Shown here: positions 18,720-28,965 of the stretch, piece by piece
How the letters are laid out: every line of letters starts with the position of its first letter
How positions within the stretch are numbered: position 1 is the stretch's first letter
NCBI GenBank assembly: GCA_963762115.1
Contig: CAVXJH010000007.1
Coordinates: forward strand, 16,694 to 80,693
Direction: 5' to 3'
Origin: Candidatus Babeliales bacterium
Lineage (GTDB): Bacteria > Babelota > Babeliae > Babelales > JANWKD01
DNA: 64,000 nucleotides
Notes under the pieces: generated by a model
Told to the model about the DNA's origin: nothing
What the model saw: the letters and a program-made list of their open reading frames with translations, nothing else
Databases searched by the model: none
Position numbers and translations under genes: made by a program

Positions 18720-19118
18720 ATGGAACATATAAATAACGAACATAAAAACGCCTGTAATAATTGCGTTGAATGTTGTGAGCGTTGTATTGATGCCTGCCAA
18801 AGACTCATTGATATGTGCAGCGCAATGGATCAAGTTGCTTGCGCTAAGCAAATTGGCATATGCGTTAAAGAGTGCACAGCCTGCATTGCATCATGCCAAG
18901 AAACAATCAAACATTCGCGCAAGCATTTAGAAGAATGTCGTGACGAACAATGCATAAAACGCGCTGATTGGTGCATTAAAAAATGCCAAGATTGCATCGA
19001 TGCCTGCAAAAAATGCATAGAAAAATGCAAAGCTGGTGATTCAATATGTGTTGATCATTGTTTGGCTTGTATTGAAGCATGCAACAAATGTGCTGAGGCA
19101 TGTGCTGCTTTTATGTAA
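18720..19118 (+). CDS. Cys-rich four-helix-bundle protein (DUF326-like, putative metal-binding)
   Basis: repeated CxxCxxxCxxC spacing throughout 132 aa (27 Cys). Confidence 0.6.
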   Translation: MEHINNEHKNACNNCVECCERCIDACQRLIDMCSAMDQVACAKQIGICVKECTACIASCQETIKHSRKHLEECRDEQCIKRADWCIKKCQDCIDACKKCIEKCKAGDSICVDHCLACIEACNKCAEACAAFM

Positions 19119-19412
19119 TTAATCCAAATATTCGGTTGTTTTGGTAACTTCAGTAACACGTTTTACTGGATGCTCAGGCATTTCCATTGGTTCTTCTTGA
19201 TATTCATAAGGACCGTCATCAACAATAACCGTTCTGCGTTCATAATCAAGTGGATCAACAACATCTTGGACAATATCACCTGTTGTCACCACAGCATCCC
19301 CAGCAATGTCAACAGCACCTGAAACAGCGTCACGAGCAGCATCAAACAAACCTAATGAATATGATTGCATTGTTAATGTTAAACAAATGATAAAAAATAA
19401 TTGCTTTGTCAT
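19119..19412 (-). CDS. small secreted acidic protein (97 aa)
   Basis: signal peptide, Asp/Val-rich core. Confidence 0.4.
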   Translation of the reverse strand: MTKQLFFIICLTLTMQSYSLGLFDAARDAVSGAVDIAGDAVVTTGDIVQDVVDPLDYERRTVIVDDGPYEYQEEPMEMPEHPVKRVTEVTKTTEYLD

Positions 19413-19493
19413 TCTTTTCTCCTAAAAAAATACACTTACTTTTTTTGAAACTATAATAAAATCATTCAAAACAAGTAAAGAATTTAAATTTTT

Positions 19494-20678
19494 TCATACT
19501 TTGCATGCATCTCTTAAAGGAACATATTTTATAAAAAGAGGATTCTTTACCGCCTGCATAAAATCATCAATATTTTCATCGCAAATAGCTTGTTCAAAAG
19601 CATCACGATTTTTATTTCTTTCAACAATGCGCTTAATATACAATGGGTATTCTTCTTGTGGAATATCATTAAAACCATCAAGTTGCTGCCTAATTGATGC
19701 ATCCATTGTGCTCAATCTTTCTAGAAGAACTTGTTCATCATACATTCTGCTTGTTCCCTTAACAGGGAAATTTGACACTCTTGAAAGCGGATCAGCAAAA
19801 AAATCTAAAATCGAACGACCCAAAATCATAAACTCTTTTTGTCGCGAAGATAATGTTGCAAGCAATAAAGCGTAATCTTTATGGTTAACATTTTGATACA
19901 TTATTTTTGCACAGAGCTTTTGATACCCAGATGGCTCTAGAGAAATCTCCGTTAAAAATACAGAAAAAAAATCTTTCCCTGAATTTCCTGCAGGCAAAAA
20001 ATATTTCCTTTGTAATTTTTTAAAATGTGGCACAATAATGTGTTGATTTACTGCAACATAGTGCAACCGCCTCTGAAAAATGGCATCTATTAATGAAAGC
20101 GCTCGATTTGTTACTGGTTTTTCAGGCAATGGACTTATACTATTTTGTAAACATTCGCGCAAAGTAAATTCATAAGGACATGTCTGTTTAAAACATGTCT
20201 GCTCAATATGAGCAAAATTTCGAGCTTCAAGAGCATTTTGAAAAGCATCACGATTTTTTTTATAGCGCTTATCATGATTAAAACCTTGCAGTCTAACCCA
20301 TTGGACTAAAAGCTCTTTTTCACATAATTCCGCTTTTTCTGGCAAGGTTTTGGGCAAAATAACATTATATTTTCTAATAAAATGATTTCCAGGATTTTTT
20401 TCTACAGGAACCTGTGAAATAATCTTATAAAGTTCAAACAAATTCGTCATGTCTTGATATGATACTAAATAAAAATCATCATCATCAAATTTTTTAAATC
20501 GACACTTTTGTTCTTCCGGCTTAAAGCAAAAACAATTTCCTGCCATCATTGCTTCAACAAATGAAATAAATAGAGGATATTGTTTTTTTTCAAGAAGCAT
20601 TCGTGGCGAATCTTCCATACCAAAAAGCGATGTCATAAAAAAAATAAAAGTTGATAGAAGTGCAAGTAGCTTTATCAC
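19494..20678 (-). CDS. hypothetical secreted protein (394 aa)
   Basis: signal peptide; long ORF. Confidence 0.5.
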   Translation of the reverse strand: MIKLLALLSTFIFFMTSLFGMEDSPRMLLEKKQYPLFISFVEAMMAGNCFCFKPEEQKCRFKKFDDDDFYLVSYQDMTNLFELYKIISQVPVEKNPGNHFIRKYNVILPKTLPEKAELCEKELLVQWVRLQGFNHDKRYKKNRDAFQNALEARNFAHIEQTCFKQTCPYEFTLRECLQNSISPLPEKPVTNRALSLIDAIFQRRLHYVAVNQHIIVPHFKKLQRKYFLPAGNSGKDFFSVFLTEISLEPSGYQKLCAKIMYQNVNHKDYALLLATLSSRQKEFMILGRSILDFFADPLSRVSNFPVKGTSRMYDEQVLLERLSTMDASIRQQLDGFNDIPQEEYPLYIKRIVERNKNRDAFEQAICDENIDDFMQAVKNPLFIKYVPLRDACKV

Positions 20679-20897
20679 AAGATTCCTTTTTTAAAAATGA
20701 AAATTCTTTATAAACCATTTATAAATCTATTTTTTTTAAAAAAATTTACAAATTTTGCTTACCTATTCCATTGAAAAGCCCCATTAAAAAAATAACTTTC
20801 ATCAGAAAAAAAAATTTATAAAAGTTGAATTATTTACTATAATTTTCCACTACATTAAAAAAAAATCATCAAATTCTTAAAAAAAAGAGTTACTATT

Positions 20898-21464
20898 TTG
20901 GCGATGAAAAGACTTATATTTATTACTATTTTTTCACTATTTTCTTATATTACTTCTACCCAGGCAATGCTTAAAAAGAAAAAAGAACTTAATTCTAAAT
21001 ATACAAAGGCGGTTGCTTTAAAAAATAGTCCAAAATCTCTTGTTAATATTTGCATAACAAAGATAGAAAACGAAGAAAAAAATACACAATATAATTCATC
21101 AATACTCGATCTCTTATTACCAGACCATATGCAACACAGATTATTAAAATGTATATTGCCTCCCAAAACATCAAAGAAACAATTCGCGCAATTATGTCAA
21201 TATATTCAACCACCATTATTACTACATGCAGGGTTACACATTGCTTTCATGCCAGAAAAAATCTTACAAAAAAAAGAAAAAGCTGAAATAGTAACCGTAT
21301 TGGCATATGACACTCGAATAACTAATGATCAAACTAAAAAAATTCTATCATTCTTGAAATGTAGAATTTTTAAGGTGATTTCCGATAATAATGACTGGTG
21401 GACCAATGACACAAGTAACATGTCATTCTGGCTTGCCGAAGCTATGGCCTATTTAAAAAGATGA
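20898..21464 (+). CDS. hypothetical secreted protein (188 aa)
   Basis: signal peptide MAMKRLIFITIFSLFSYITSTQA. Confidence 0.45.
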   Translation: MAMKRLIFITIFSLFSYITSTQAMLKKKKELNSKYTKAVALKNSPKSLVNICITKIENEEKNTQYNSSILDLLLPDHMQHRLLKCILPPKTSKKQFAQLCQYIQPPLLLHAGLHIAFMPEKILQKKEKAEIVTVLAYDTRITNDQTKKILSFLKCRIFKVISDNNDWWTNDTSNMSFWLAEAMAYLKR

Positions 21465-21480
21465 TGAACCATTCAACTTA

Positions 21481-21756
21481 ATGTTAGAAATTGTACCCAA
21501 AAAACCTTCTGATCCATTTATCGAAAAATTTCTTTCCATAGCAATAAAAAAAATTGAAAAAAAAGACAATCATGCAAATTATTTAATACGACTAAATAAA
21601 ACATTAGAATCAGGATTTAAATCATGCCGATCTGATATTCTTTACTGTGCAAATGTGTTAGAAGCTGCTTCTAGGGATTATATAAGAAAAGAAAAACATA
21701 AATATACAATCCCTTTTTTAACAAGAGCACTTAAAATATTGCATGAATTTAAATAA
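21481..21756 (+). CDS. hypothetical protein (91 aa)
   Basis: ORF immediately downstream of the previous gene. Confidence 0.35.
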   Translation: MLEIVPKKPSDPFIEKFLSIAIKKIEKKDNHANYLIRLNKTLESGFKSCRSDILYCANVLEAASRDYIRKEKHKYTIPFLTRALKILHEFK

Positions 21757-21808
21757 TCAATAAAATTAATGACATCCTATATAATCATCTACTCTTGATT
21801 GGATCATC

Positions 21809-22993
21809 ATGATACATGAAACTCCGCAACAACAAACACCAAAAATAATTACTCCAGAAAAACAATCAACTTCACTCACCTGGATTGAAATTGATAAAAA
21901 TGCTTTTGATCATAATGTTACACAGTATAAAAGGACCGTTAACCCAGCACTGCTTGCCATTGTTATAAAAAGCAATGCATATGGCCACGGCATGCATCAA
22001 ATCGCGACTCTCGCAGAACACAATAATAACGTTGATTATATTTGCACCGTAAGTTTATCAGAAGCAATTTCGTTACGTAATCATGGTATCAAAAAACCAT
22101 TACTTGTATTAAGCATTATTGATGATGCGTTAGAACAAGCATTTATTCATGCTATTGATGTTGTTGTATATTCTATGCATCAAGCATTAGCGCTGCAACA
22201 ACTAGGATTTCAATTCAAACAAAAAATTAATATTCATATAAAAATTGATACTGGACTTTCTCGCTTAGGCTTTCTACACGATGACGCCACACCATATATT
22301 AAAGAAATAAAACAATTATCACACATCAACATCCAAGGAATTTTTACTCATTTTGCAGAATCAGAAAAAAAAGATTCAACATTTACTGATAGGCAAATTG
22401 AACGATTTAATCGTGTTATTGAAAAATTAGAAAAAGAAAATATTCACATTCCATTAAAGCACTCCTCATGTTCCGCTGCAATTACCGGAAATGCAAAAAG
22501 TCATTTCACCATGACACGTGCAGGCATTGGCATCTACGGCCTATGGCCGTCAGACGACAATAAAGAAATGACGCAACATCATGATAGTTTGTTTTCATTA
22601 AAACCAGTGCTGACATGGAAAACAAAAATTATTCATCTTAAAGAAATTCCCGCCCAAAGCTGTGTAGGCTATGAACGAACCTACTGCGTTGATAAACCAT
22701 CACGCATTGCAACGTTACCCGTTGGTTATTGGGATGGTTATGACAGAGCACTTTCAAACAAAGGGTTGGTCATCATTAACAATCAATTCGCACCTATAGT
22801 TGGAAGAATTGCTATGAATTTGATGATGGTTGATGTGACTAATTTAAATGTTGTTGTTGATGACGAAGTTATCTTACTCGGTAACAATGCAATGATCACT
22901 GCCGATGCTCTTGCAAAAAAATGCAATACTATTAATTATGAATTGGTGACGCGCATTAATCCGTTATTGCCAAGAGTGATAAAAAATCTTTAA
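21809..22993 (+). CDS. alr: alanine racemase
   Basis: PLP-lysine motif VIKSNAYGHG and PVGYWDGY motif. Confidence 0.85.
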   Translation: MIHETPQQQTPKIITPEKQSTSLTWIEIDKNAFDHNVTQYKRTVNPALLAIVIKSNAYGHGMHQIATLAEHNNNVDYICTVSLSEAISLRNHGIKKPLLVLSIIDDALEQAFIHAIDVVVYSMHQALALQQLGFQFKQKINIHIKIDTGLSRLGFLHDDATPYIKEIKQLSHINIQGIFTHFAESEKKDSTFTDRQIERFNRVIEKLEKENIHIPLKHSSCSAAITGNAKSHFTMTRAGIGIYGLWPSDDNKEMTQHHDSLFSLKPVLTWKTKIIHLKEIPAQSCVGYERTYCVDKPSRIATLPVGYWDGYDRALSNKGLVIINNQFAPIVGRIAMNLMMVDVTNLNVVVDDEVILLGNNAMITADALAKKCNTINYELVTRINPLLPRVIKNL

Positions 22994-23022
22994 GACCATT
23001 TTGCTTTATTCAGCCATATTAC

Positions 23023-23565
23023 TTAAACTCTTTTAACCCACTTATTAAACATACGAAGTATATTTCGTTCTTGTGTTGGCAAAGCTGATATATCTTTACT
23101 AACCCAACGCAATTCCTTTGATTCCGCATTCTGCACAACGTCCTCATCACTCGTTACGCGTAATAAAAATCTTACATCATAATGATAATGTGCTTTTTCA
23201 CGTTTATTCTCAGGAATAAGATGAATATCGATATCAAAAACATCAGATGAAACTGGTTCTATGCCACATATTCCTGATTCTTCTTGTGCTTCTTTAAGAG
23301 CAACATTCATAACATCTGAATCACCATCACAGTGCCCACCAAGTTGATACCATGCATTGAGTTTTGCATGATGCATTAACAATGCTTTTGAACAATCTTT
23401 GTTCAACAACCATGCTGAAGCAGTTATATGACCTTTTTGCAATGATCTTTCAAAACAATCTGAATGTTCCTCAATAAAGCTGATCATTTCATTTTTATAA
23501 ACAATTTCTTCTTCTAAAACGGGAAAATAATTTTGTAATTTTTCAAGCAAATTTACTCTATGCAT
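23023..23565 (-). CDS. Nudix-family hydrolase (variant Nudix box)
   Basis: GGHCDGDSDVMNVALKEAQEESGI approximates REUxEExGU with K for R. Confidence 0.5.
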   Translation of the reverse strand: MHRVNLLEKLQNYFPVLEEEIVYKNEMISFIEEHSDCFERSLQKGHITASAWLLNKDCSKALLMHHAKLNAWYQLGGHCDGDSDVMNVALKEAQEESGICGIEPVSSDVFDIDIHLIPENKREKAHYHYDVRFLLRVTSDEDVVQNAESKELRWVSKDISALPTQERNILRMFNKWVKRV

Positions 23566-23583
23566 ACAAAAACTCTCTAATTT

Positions 23584-24555
23584 TTACCTTGGATTATTAT
23601 TTTTTAATTCTTCTTCGGCTAATTTTGCCTTATATAAACGTTTTGCCCATAAAATTCTCTTATCAATGCTTGAATGAAAAACATCATCTTTTGCACATTT
23701 ATGTGCTATTTCAACAAATAATTTATCAAACGAACATGCTGTCATACAATGAGTACATGCCGCAGGAATCCTATCGGCTTCCGCTTCATTAGCTCTTACA
23801 AACTTTTGAAGAATTTTATTTTCTTTGACATTAAAATCTAATTGCCGAGAATCAAAAAATAACGCACTAATAACATCTTGTTGAAAACGATGAGCATTTT
23901 TGAAATGCTGTTCTTCATGAGATAATGTTCCATAACGTGTATCTAATGAGTAATTTTCAAACTCATCTTTTATATATAAATGATACTCTTTAATAACAAC
24001 CTTATTTGGAATCTTAACCCCATTTTTTCTATAGGTACCCGTAAAAGGTTTTATGGCAGGTTCATAGGTGCAATCAGCTGCAGCAGGGCTATTAAACTCA
24101 TTAAGATCAAGATCATAACGCATAGAAATAGTATATCCACTAAAATATCTACAAATTTCTTCCTTAATTTCCATGGAAATTTTTGATTCAGGTGAAAAAT
24201 GAAGAATAAGGGGTATTGTAGGTGATTTAGAATTTACTCTAAAATTCTGACGAAGATTAATGAGATCATTATATTGTTTATCTGAAATATCACCTTCATG
24301 CTTCATCAATTTAAAAGTTTTTTTATGTTTTTTTTCAATCAAATATTGAGTACATTCACACAACGAAAGACCATTTTCTAAAAAAGATTTCTCTAAAGAA
24401 AAATAATCGGCATATGGAGCATCAGGATTAATTTTCTTCAGTTGATTACAAAGAAAAAATGGTTTCTCTCTTTTTTCATGTTCATCTTGCACAGCATACA
24501 CAACATCAAAAATAACAAGTACCGTTAAAACAAATATAATCTTAAATTTTTTCAT
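23584..24555 (-). CDS. hypothetical secreted protein with HEXXH motif (candidate Zn-metallopeptidase)
   Basis: signal peptide; LSHEEQHFKNAH. Confidence 0.4.
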   Translation of the reverse strand: MKKFKIIFVLTVLVIFDVVYAVQDEHEKREKPFFLCNQLKKINPDAPYADYFSLEKSFLENGLSLCECTQYLIEKKHKKTFKLMKHEGDISDKQYNDLINLRQNFRVNSKSPTIPLILHFSPESKISMEIKEEICRYFSGYTISMRYDLDLNEFNSPAAADCTYEPAIKPFTGTYRKNGVKIPNKVVIKEYHLYIKDEFENYSLDTRYGTLSHEEQHFKNAHRFQQDVISALFFDSRQLDFNVKENKILQKFVRANEAEADRIPAACTHCMTACSFDKLFVEIAHKCAKDDVFHSSIDKRILWAKRLYKAKLAEEELKNNNPR

Positions 24556-24668
24556 ATATTCCCAAACATGCGCAATTAACAGATATTATAATTCTATATA
24601 GTTAATGGATATTTGTCAAAATTAACTCAATTAGAATTTTTATCAAAAAAACAAATCATTGTTATTTT

Positions 24669-25622
24669 TCAAAATCGATAACAAAGTTGTGCACAAGGCG
24701 CACCATAAGAATCAACACCACAGGAAAAAGCACATCGATCGGAAAGTTTTTTATCAACCACTTTGCTTGCCGCAACAGCAAAAATCAACCCAAGTCCTGC
24801 ACCGGCAACAAGTTGTGAAAGATAATGCCGATTACAATTCACAAAATCAGCAAAAACAAAACCGGCAAAAAGCCCAAGCGGCACTCCCCATGCAGGCCCA
24901 TGACGCATGCCAAATAATGACGCCATAAACATCACATTTGCCATATGCCCAGAAGGCAAACCGCCAGAAGATCGATGATGTCGATTAAAATTCTCATGCC
25001 AAGGTCGAAGGCATGATTTAAAGCGTAATTTTTTTATAATATCTTTTCCTGAATGCACAAACGGTAATCCTATTGCAAACATTCTCCCTGTTAAGCGCAA
25101 ATCTTCGTCATTGGCAAAAATTGCAAGACTTGAAAGAACAACCATAGGGACGCCAATGCCATAATGAGCAATTGAATGGCAATGCTTAGGAAATTGATTA
25201 ATATTTTTGTGACATGAACTATCATAAAAATGTACTTGCAATTTTTCATCATGCATACGAGAAAGAAGATAGAAAGGAACAAAACCGGTGATTACTTTTG
25301 CACTATCAACTGAAAAAAGATTTTTTAATAATAATCCGGCATCACAAAAAATTTCACCCAACCCCTCAAGCATACATGGCGCAGGTTGATTTATTATCTT
25401 TCTTCTTGAAAATGGCGTTTTATTACGTGATATAGGTGAACAATTAACTAAATATATTGGTTGTAAACAGTACCAACATAGTATGCTAAAAATAATTTTT
25501 TTTATCATGTGCATACCATTCACACCACTATACCCATTTTGACATTTACTGCATAAGTATAAAAAATATGATGCTAAAAAGGCAATAAAAAAAGGCTCGA
25601 AAAATCGAGCCTCAAAATACAA
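24669..25622 (-). CDS. PAP2-family phosphatase-like membrane protein
   Basis: KSCLRPW, PSGH, NRHYLSQLVAG approximating PAP2 motifs KxxxxxxRP / PSGH / SRxxxxxHxxxD. Confidence 0.55.
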   Translation of the reverse strand: MYFEARFFEPFFIAFLASYFLYLCSKCQNGYSGVNGMHMIKKIIFSILCWYCLQPIYLVNCSPISRNKTPFSRRKIINQPAPCMLEGLGEIFCDAGLLLKNLFSVDSAKVITGFVPFYLLSRMHDEKLQVHFYDSSCHKNINQFPKHCHSIAHYGIGVPMVVLSSLAIFANDEDLRLTGRMFAIGLPFVHSGKDIIKKLRFKSCLRPWHENFNRHHRSSGGLPSGHMANVMFMASLFGMRHGPAWGVPLGLFAGFVFADFVNCNRHYLSQLVAGAGLGLIFAVAASKVVDKKLSDRCAFSCGVDSYGAPCAQLCYRF

Positions 25623-25636
25623 AAAATGAACTATTT

Positions 25637-26455
25637 TTATCCAATAAACGTTAAAAATTCACGATTAAATTTTTCCAATTCATCATGCCATAAGCCATGA
25701 CCACTTTCTTCAAAACGAACTAATTTTGAACCTTTAATGTTCTTATGCATATATTCACCAAGCTCAAAGGGACAAATTTTATCTTTTGTACCATGTAAAA
25801 TTGCCGTTGGCACCGTAACTTTTGCAACATCTGCACGCAAGTCAGCATCACGCAAGGCAACCAAATACTCAGCAGTTGCATTAGGTGCAGCATCAGTACT
25901 CATTTGTTCAATCCAATCAGCAAACTGAGAACTTGGCTGTTTATTAAATAATATTTTGCCAAATGCCGCTGACATTGCAGGACGATCTGCATAACTATTT
26001 TTTATGAGTACATCAACTTCCTCTTTAGTGAATCCCCAAGGAAAATCTGGGCGCTTAGTAAAACAAGGAGCTGCGGCACTCAAAAAAATTGCTTTTGCAA
26101 TACGATGTTGATTATGTTTTGCCAAGTAATGCAACACCATTGCGCCACCAATTGAAAAGCCTGCAATAGTCACCTCTTGAAGATCAAGCGCATCAATGAC
26201 TTTTCTAATATCATCAGCAAACATATCATAGGTGTAAGGGCCCCAAGGCGCATCAGATCTTCCTGATCCTCGCATATCAATTGCTACACAACGATATCCT
26301 TTAGCCGGAAATTGTACTAATTGATATTCAAACATTCTATGATCAAATGGCCAACCGTGAATAAATAAAATTGTTTTACCTACACCCCAATCACGAACAT
26401 ATAATTTTACCCCTGGTGCAGTTTCTATACAATGTGAAGACAATCCTTCTTTCAC
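25637..26455 (-). CDS. alpha/beta-hydrolase (non-heme haloperoxidase/esterase-like)
   Basis: ILFIHGWPFDHRMFEYQ, AIDMRGSGRSD, GxSxG elbow GFSIGG. Confidence 0.8.
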   Translation of the reverse strand: MKEGLSSHCIETAPGVKLYVRDWGVGKTILFIHGWPFDHRMFEYQLVQFPAKGYRCVAIDMRGSGRSDAPWGPYTYDMFADDIRKVIDALDLQEVTIAGFSIGGAMVLHYLAKHNQHRIAKAIFLSAAAPCFTKRPDFPWGFTKEEVDVLIKNSYADRPAMSAAFGKILFNKQPSSQFADWIEQMSTDAAPNATAEYLVALRDADLRADVAKVTVPTAILHGTKDKICPFELGEYMHKNIKGSKLVRFEESGHGLWHDELEKFNREFLTFIG

Positions 26456-26544
26456 AATTTCCCTTTCAATACCATATTTTTACACTCTACAATGCAAAGC
26501 ATACGCAAGAGAGAAATAAGCTGTAAAGAGATATATTATTAACG

Positions 26545-28008
26545 TTATTCGGCAATATTGGTTGTAAAGTTAATTGGCGTCAATGGCGTTGGTGAAATTG
26601 CAACGTTAGAAACATTAACAAAATCACCTCCCTTATTATTGCTGGCAAAATTACTATAAATATGATTATTTACCCCAAGATTATTGATACCAATATTGTT
26701 ATTAGTAAGTGTATTCTCACGGACCTGACAGTTAGAACTTGTCGTATTAACTGATAATGCCGCGGCTAACAAAATTCCGTTAGTAACATTGCCTTGTGCT
26801 ATACAATTGAGCAGAACATTATTATTACCATTAATTTGAAAACCATTGGTATTATTATTTGCTTTGCATTCTTCAAGCGTTATATCATTGCCTGCAATTT
26901 GAAAGCCATTTGTCGTATTATCATGAGCAAAATTTTGTATAAAATTCACATTAGCACTTGTGCCATTACTTGGTGCAATAATAAAACCAGTCTGATTTTC
27001 ATGAGCAGTACATTGTTGAAAAGCACTCTCAATAAGAAAATTATTTATAAAACCGGGCCCTGTGTTACTATTTGCCGTACAATTTAAAAACTGAAAGGCG
27101 ATATTCCCTGTTGTTGAAAATCCTGTGACGTTATTATTGCTAATACACGAATCAATAATAACATTTGTGTTTTGATTAAGTATAAAACCAGTGGCTGAAC
27201 AAAAATATGCTTCATTTTTTAATAAAACAACATCGATTGCACTGGTTATCGACATACCATTTCTATTATTAAAAAAGGTAACATTTTGTACCCCGATATT
27301 TTGTGGCACCCGGCCCGTTGAAGTATTATTAGCAATTGTTATGCCATTATTTGTCATATTACGAATAGTACCATTTTTGATAAGAATATTTGGAAAACCA
27401 TTTACCACAATACCGGTCGTATTTGTTGTTCCTATACCAATAATCTCATTACCATTAAGATCGATAACCACATCATTACTATTAACGGTAATTGCTCTAA
27501 TTTGAAAATCACTTACGGTGATATTTTGGCCATTAGTTTGTTGTTGCACAACGGCTTGTTGCTGCTGAACAGTAAGATTTTGTTGTTGCTGTATAAGATG
27601 GCCGTTTACTATGGTAAACGGTGTTGTTTGTAATGATGGTTGCACAATTTGAAATGTGCTCTGTCCCGTCGTATTTATTGGATTAATCTGATTAAAGCTA
27701 ACAGAATTTTGTATTGACGAAGTAGCATTTTGACCATTTTGCAATGCATTTAATGTTGTCTGAGCAGCAATACAATAATAGCCAGGCGTTGAAATCACAA
27801 AAGGAATATTAAATTGTGTTATTTGCGTTTGAAATAAACAACCTCTTGTTTGCGGCAGTCCATCGCCTTCAACACTTTTTTGATATTCAATAATATTGTG
27901 TATAATTTTTTGTTCAAAATCATCACTATTGAGCTCATATTCAGCATATAAACCATAAGAAATAAAAAAAAGAATGTATGATAAGAAACAATAGAAAAAT
28001 TTTAACAT
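26545..28008 (-). CDS. secreted Asn/Thr/Gln-rich parallel beta-helix repeat protein
   Basis: signal peptide; repeated N-x-x-I/V-x-N-N units typical of right-handed beta-helix (pectin-lyase-like) folds. Confidence 0.5.
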   Translation of the reverse strand: MLKFFYCFLSYILFFISYGLYAEYELNSDDFEQKIIHNIIEYQKSVEGDGLPQTRGCLFQTQITQFNIPFVISTPGYYCIAAQTTLNALQNGQNATSSIQNSVSFNQINPINTTGQSTFQIVQPSLQTTPFTIVNGHLIQQQQNLTVQQQQAVVQQQTNGQNITVSDFQIRAITVNSNDVVIDLNGNEIIGIGTTNTTGIVVNGFPNILIKNGTIRNMTNNGITIANNTSTGRVPQNIGVQNVTFFNNRNGMSITSAIDVVLLKNEAYFCSATGFILNQNTNVIIDSCISNNNVTGFSTTGNIAFQFLNCTANSNTGPGFINNFLIESAFQQCTAHENQTGFIIAPSNGTSANVNFIQNFAHDNTTNGFQIAGNDITLEECKANNNTNGFQINGNNNVLLNCIAQGNVTNGILLAAALSVNTTSSNCQVRENTLTNNNIGINNLGVNNHIYSNFASNNKGGDFVNVSNVAISPTPLTPINFTTNIAE

Positions 28009-28068
28009 GATTAGGCCCTCAAAAAAAATAATTTTTTTCTTACTAAAGCTTAATCATGTCAAGACATA

Positions 28069-28962
28069 TTATACAATATTTTGTGCTTGTTCTCTTATTT
28101 TCTCAAGTTCAATCTTAATCGAAATCGCATGAGTACTGATTATGGCATCAGAACATTTTGCAGCAATAGTATTAATTTCGCGCATAAGTTCTTGCAAGGT
28201 AAAATCAATACGTCGTCCTTTTTCAATTTCTTTTGAACTAATCATAGTCTTTAATGCCAGCAAATGACTTTTAAACCGAACAATTTCTTCATGAATATCC
28301 ATGCGTTCTAATTCATAAAAAAGCTGGTTGCGCTTAAGTTCAACAACATCCGGCTGTTGTTGATCCAACTCAATCAATTTTGCTGCAATCATAGTTTTAC
28401 GTTGCTCAAACAGATTTGTTGCTGCATGTTCAATAATCATAAGTTGATCAGCAAGAATAGCACCTCTCACTTCAATATCTTTTTCTAGAGAACGACCTTC
28501 AACTTCCTGAGCATCAATCAACTCACCAATTAATTGGTGAACAATAGTTATTATTTGTTGTTTTGTTGATTCCTCAATATTTACTTCTGCTTCAGAAAAA
28601 ATATTAGGCAAACTAAGAAGTTCGGCAAGCGTGAGATTGCCCTCAACGTTAAAAGTTTCTTGTATATGCTTAATTGCAGTAAGATAACTCTGAATAATAT
28701 GCGTTGCTGGTTCAACGGGACCTTTAAATATAGTGGGATTTTGCATCGCAATATTAAAAGTGATTTTCCCGCGATACAAAAGATCCTTAAATAACTTAAT
28801 AAGCTCAACTTCCATAGATTGCATAGCATAAGGAATTTTACACGTAGCTTCAAAATAACGTGAATTTAACGATTTCAGTGTTAACGAAAGATAGGCTTTA
28901 TTACCATCATGCAGAGGCAATTCAACAACTTTATTGGAAAAACCTGTCATACTTCGTATCAC
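28069..28962 (-). CDS. yicC: YicC-family stress-induced protein
   Basis: N-terminal MIRSMTGF...LKSLNSRYFE and C-terminal DIHEEIVRFKSHL signatures. Confidence 0.8.
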   Translation of the reverse strand: MIRSMTGFSNKVVELPLHDGNKAYLSLTLKSLNSRYFEATCKIPYAMQSMEVELIKLFKDLLYRGKITFNIAMQNPTIFKGPVEPATHIIQSYLTAIKHIQETFNVEGNLTLAELLSLPNIFSEAEVNIEESTKQQIITIVHQLIGELIDAQEVEGRSLEKDIEVRGAILADQLMIIEHAATNLFEQRKTMIAAKLIELDQQQPDVVELKRNQLFYELERMDIHEEIVRFKSHLLALKTMISSKEIEKGRRIDFTLQELMREINTIAAKCSDAIISTHAISIKIELEKIREQAQNIV

Positions 28963-28965
28963 GTA

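Noticed and set aside
26545-28008. Periodic Asn/Gln-rich DNA repetition considered as a CRISPR-like or tandem DNA repeat
   Set aside because: The periodicity is at the protein level (beta-helix coils and a poly-Gln stretch) inside one continuous ORF; there are no direct repeats with unique spacers. No CRISPR array anywhere in the window.
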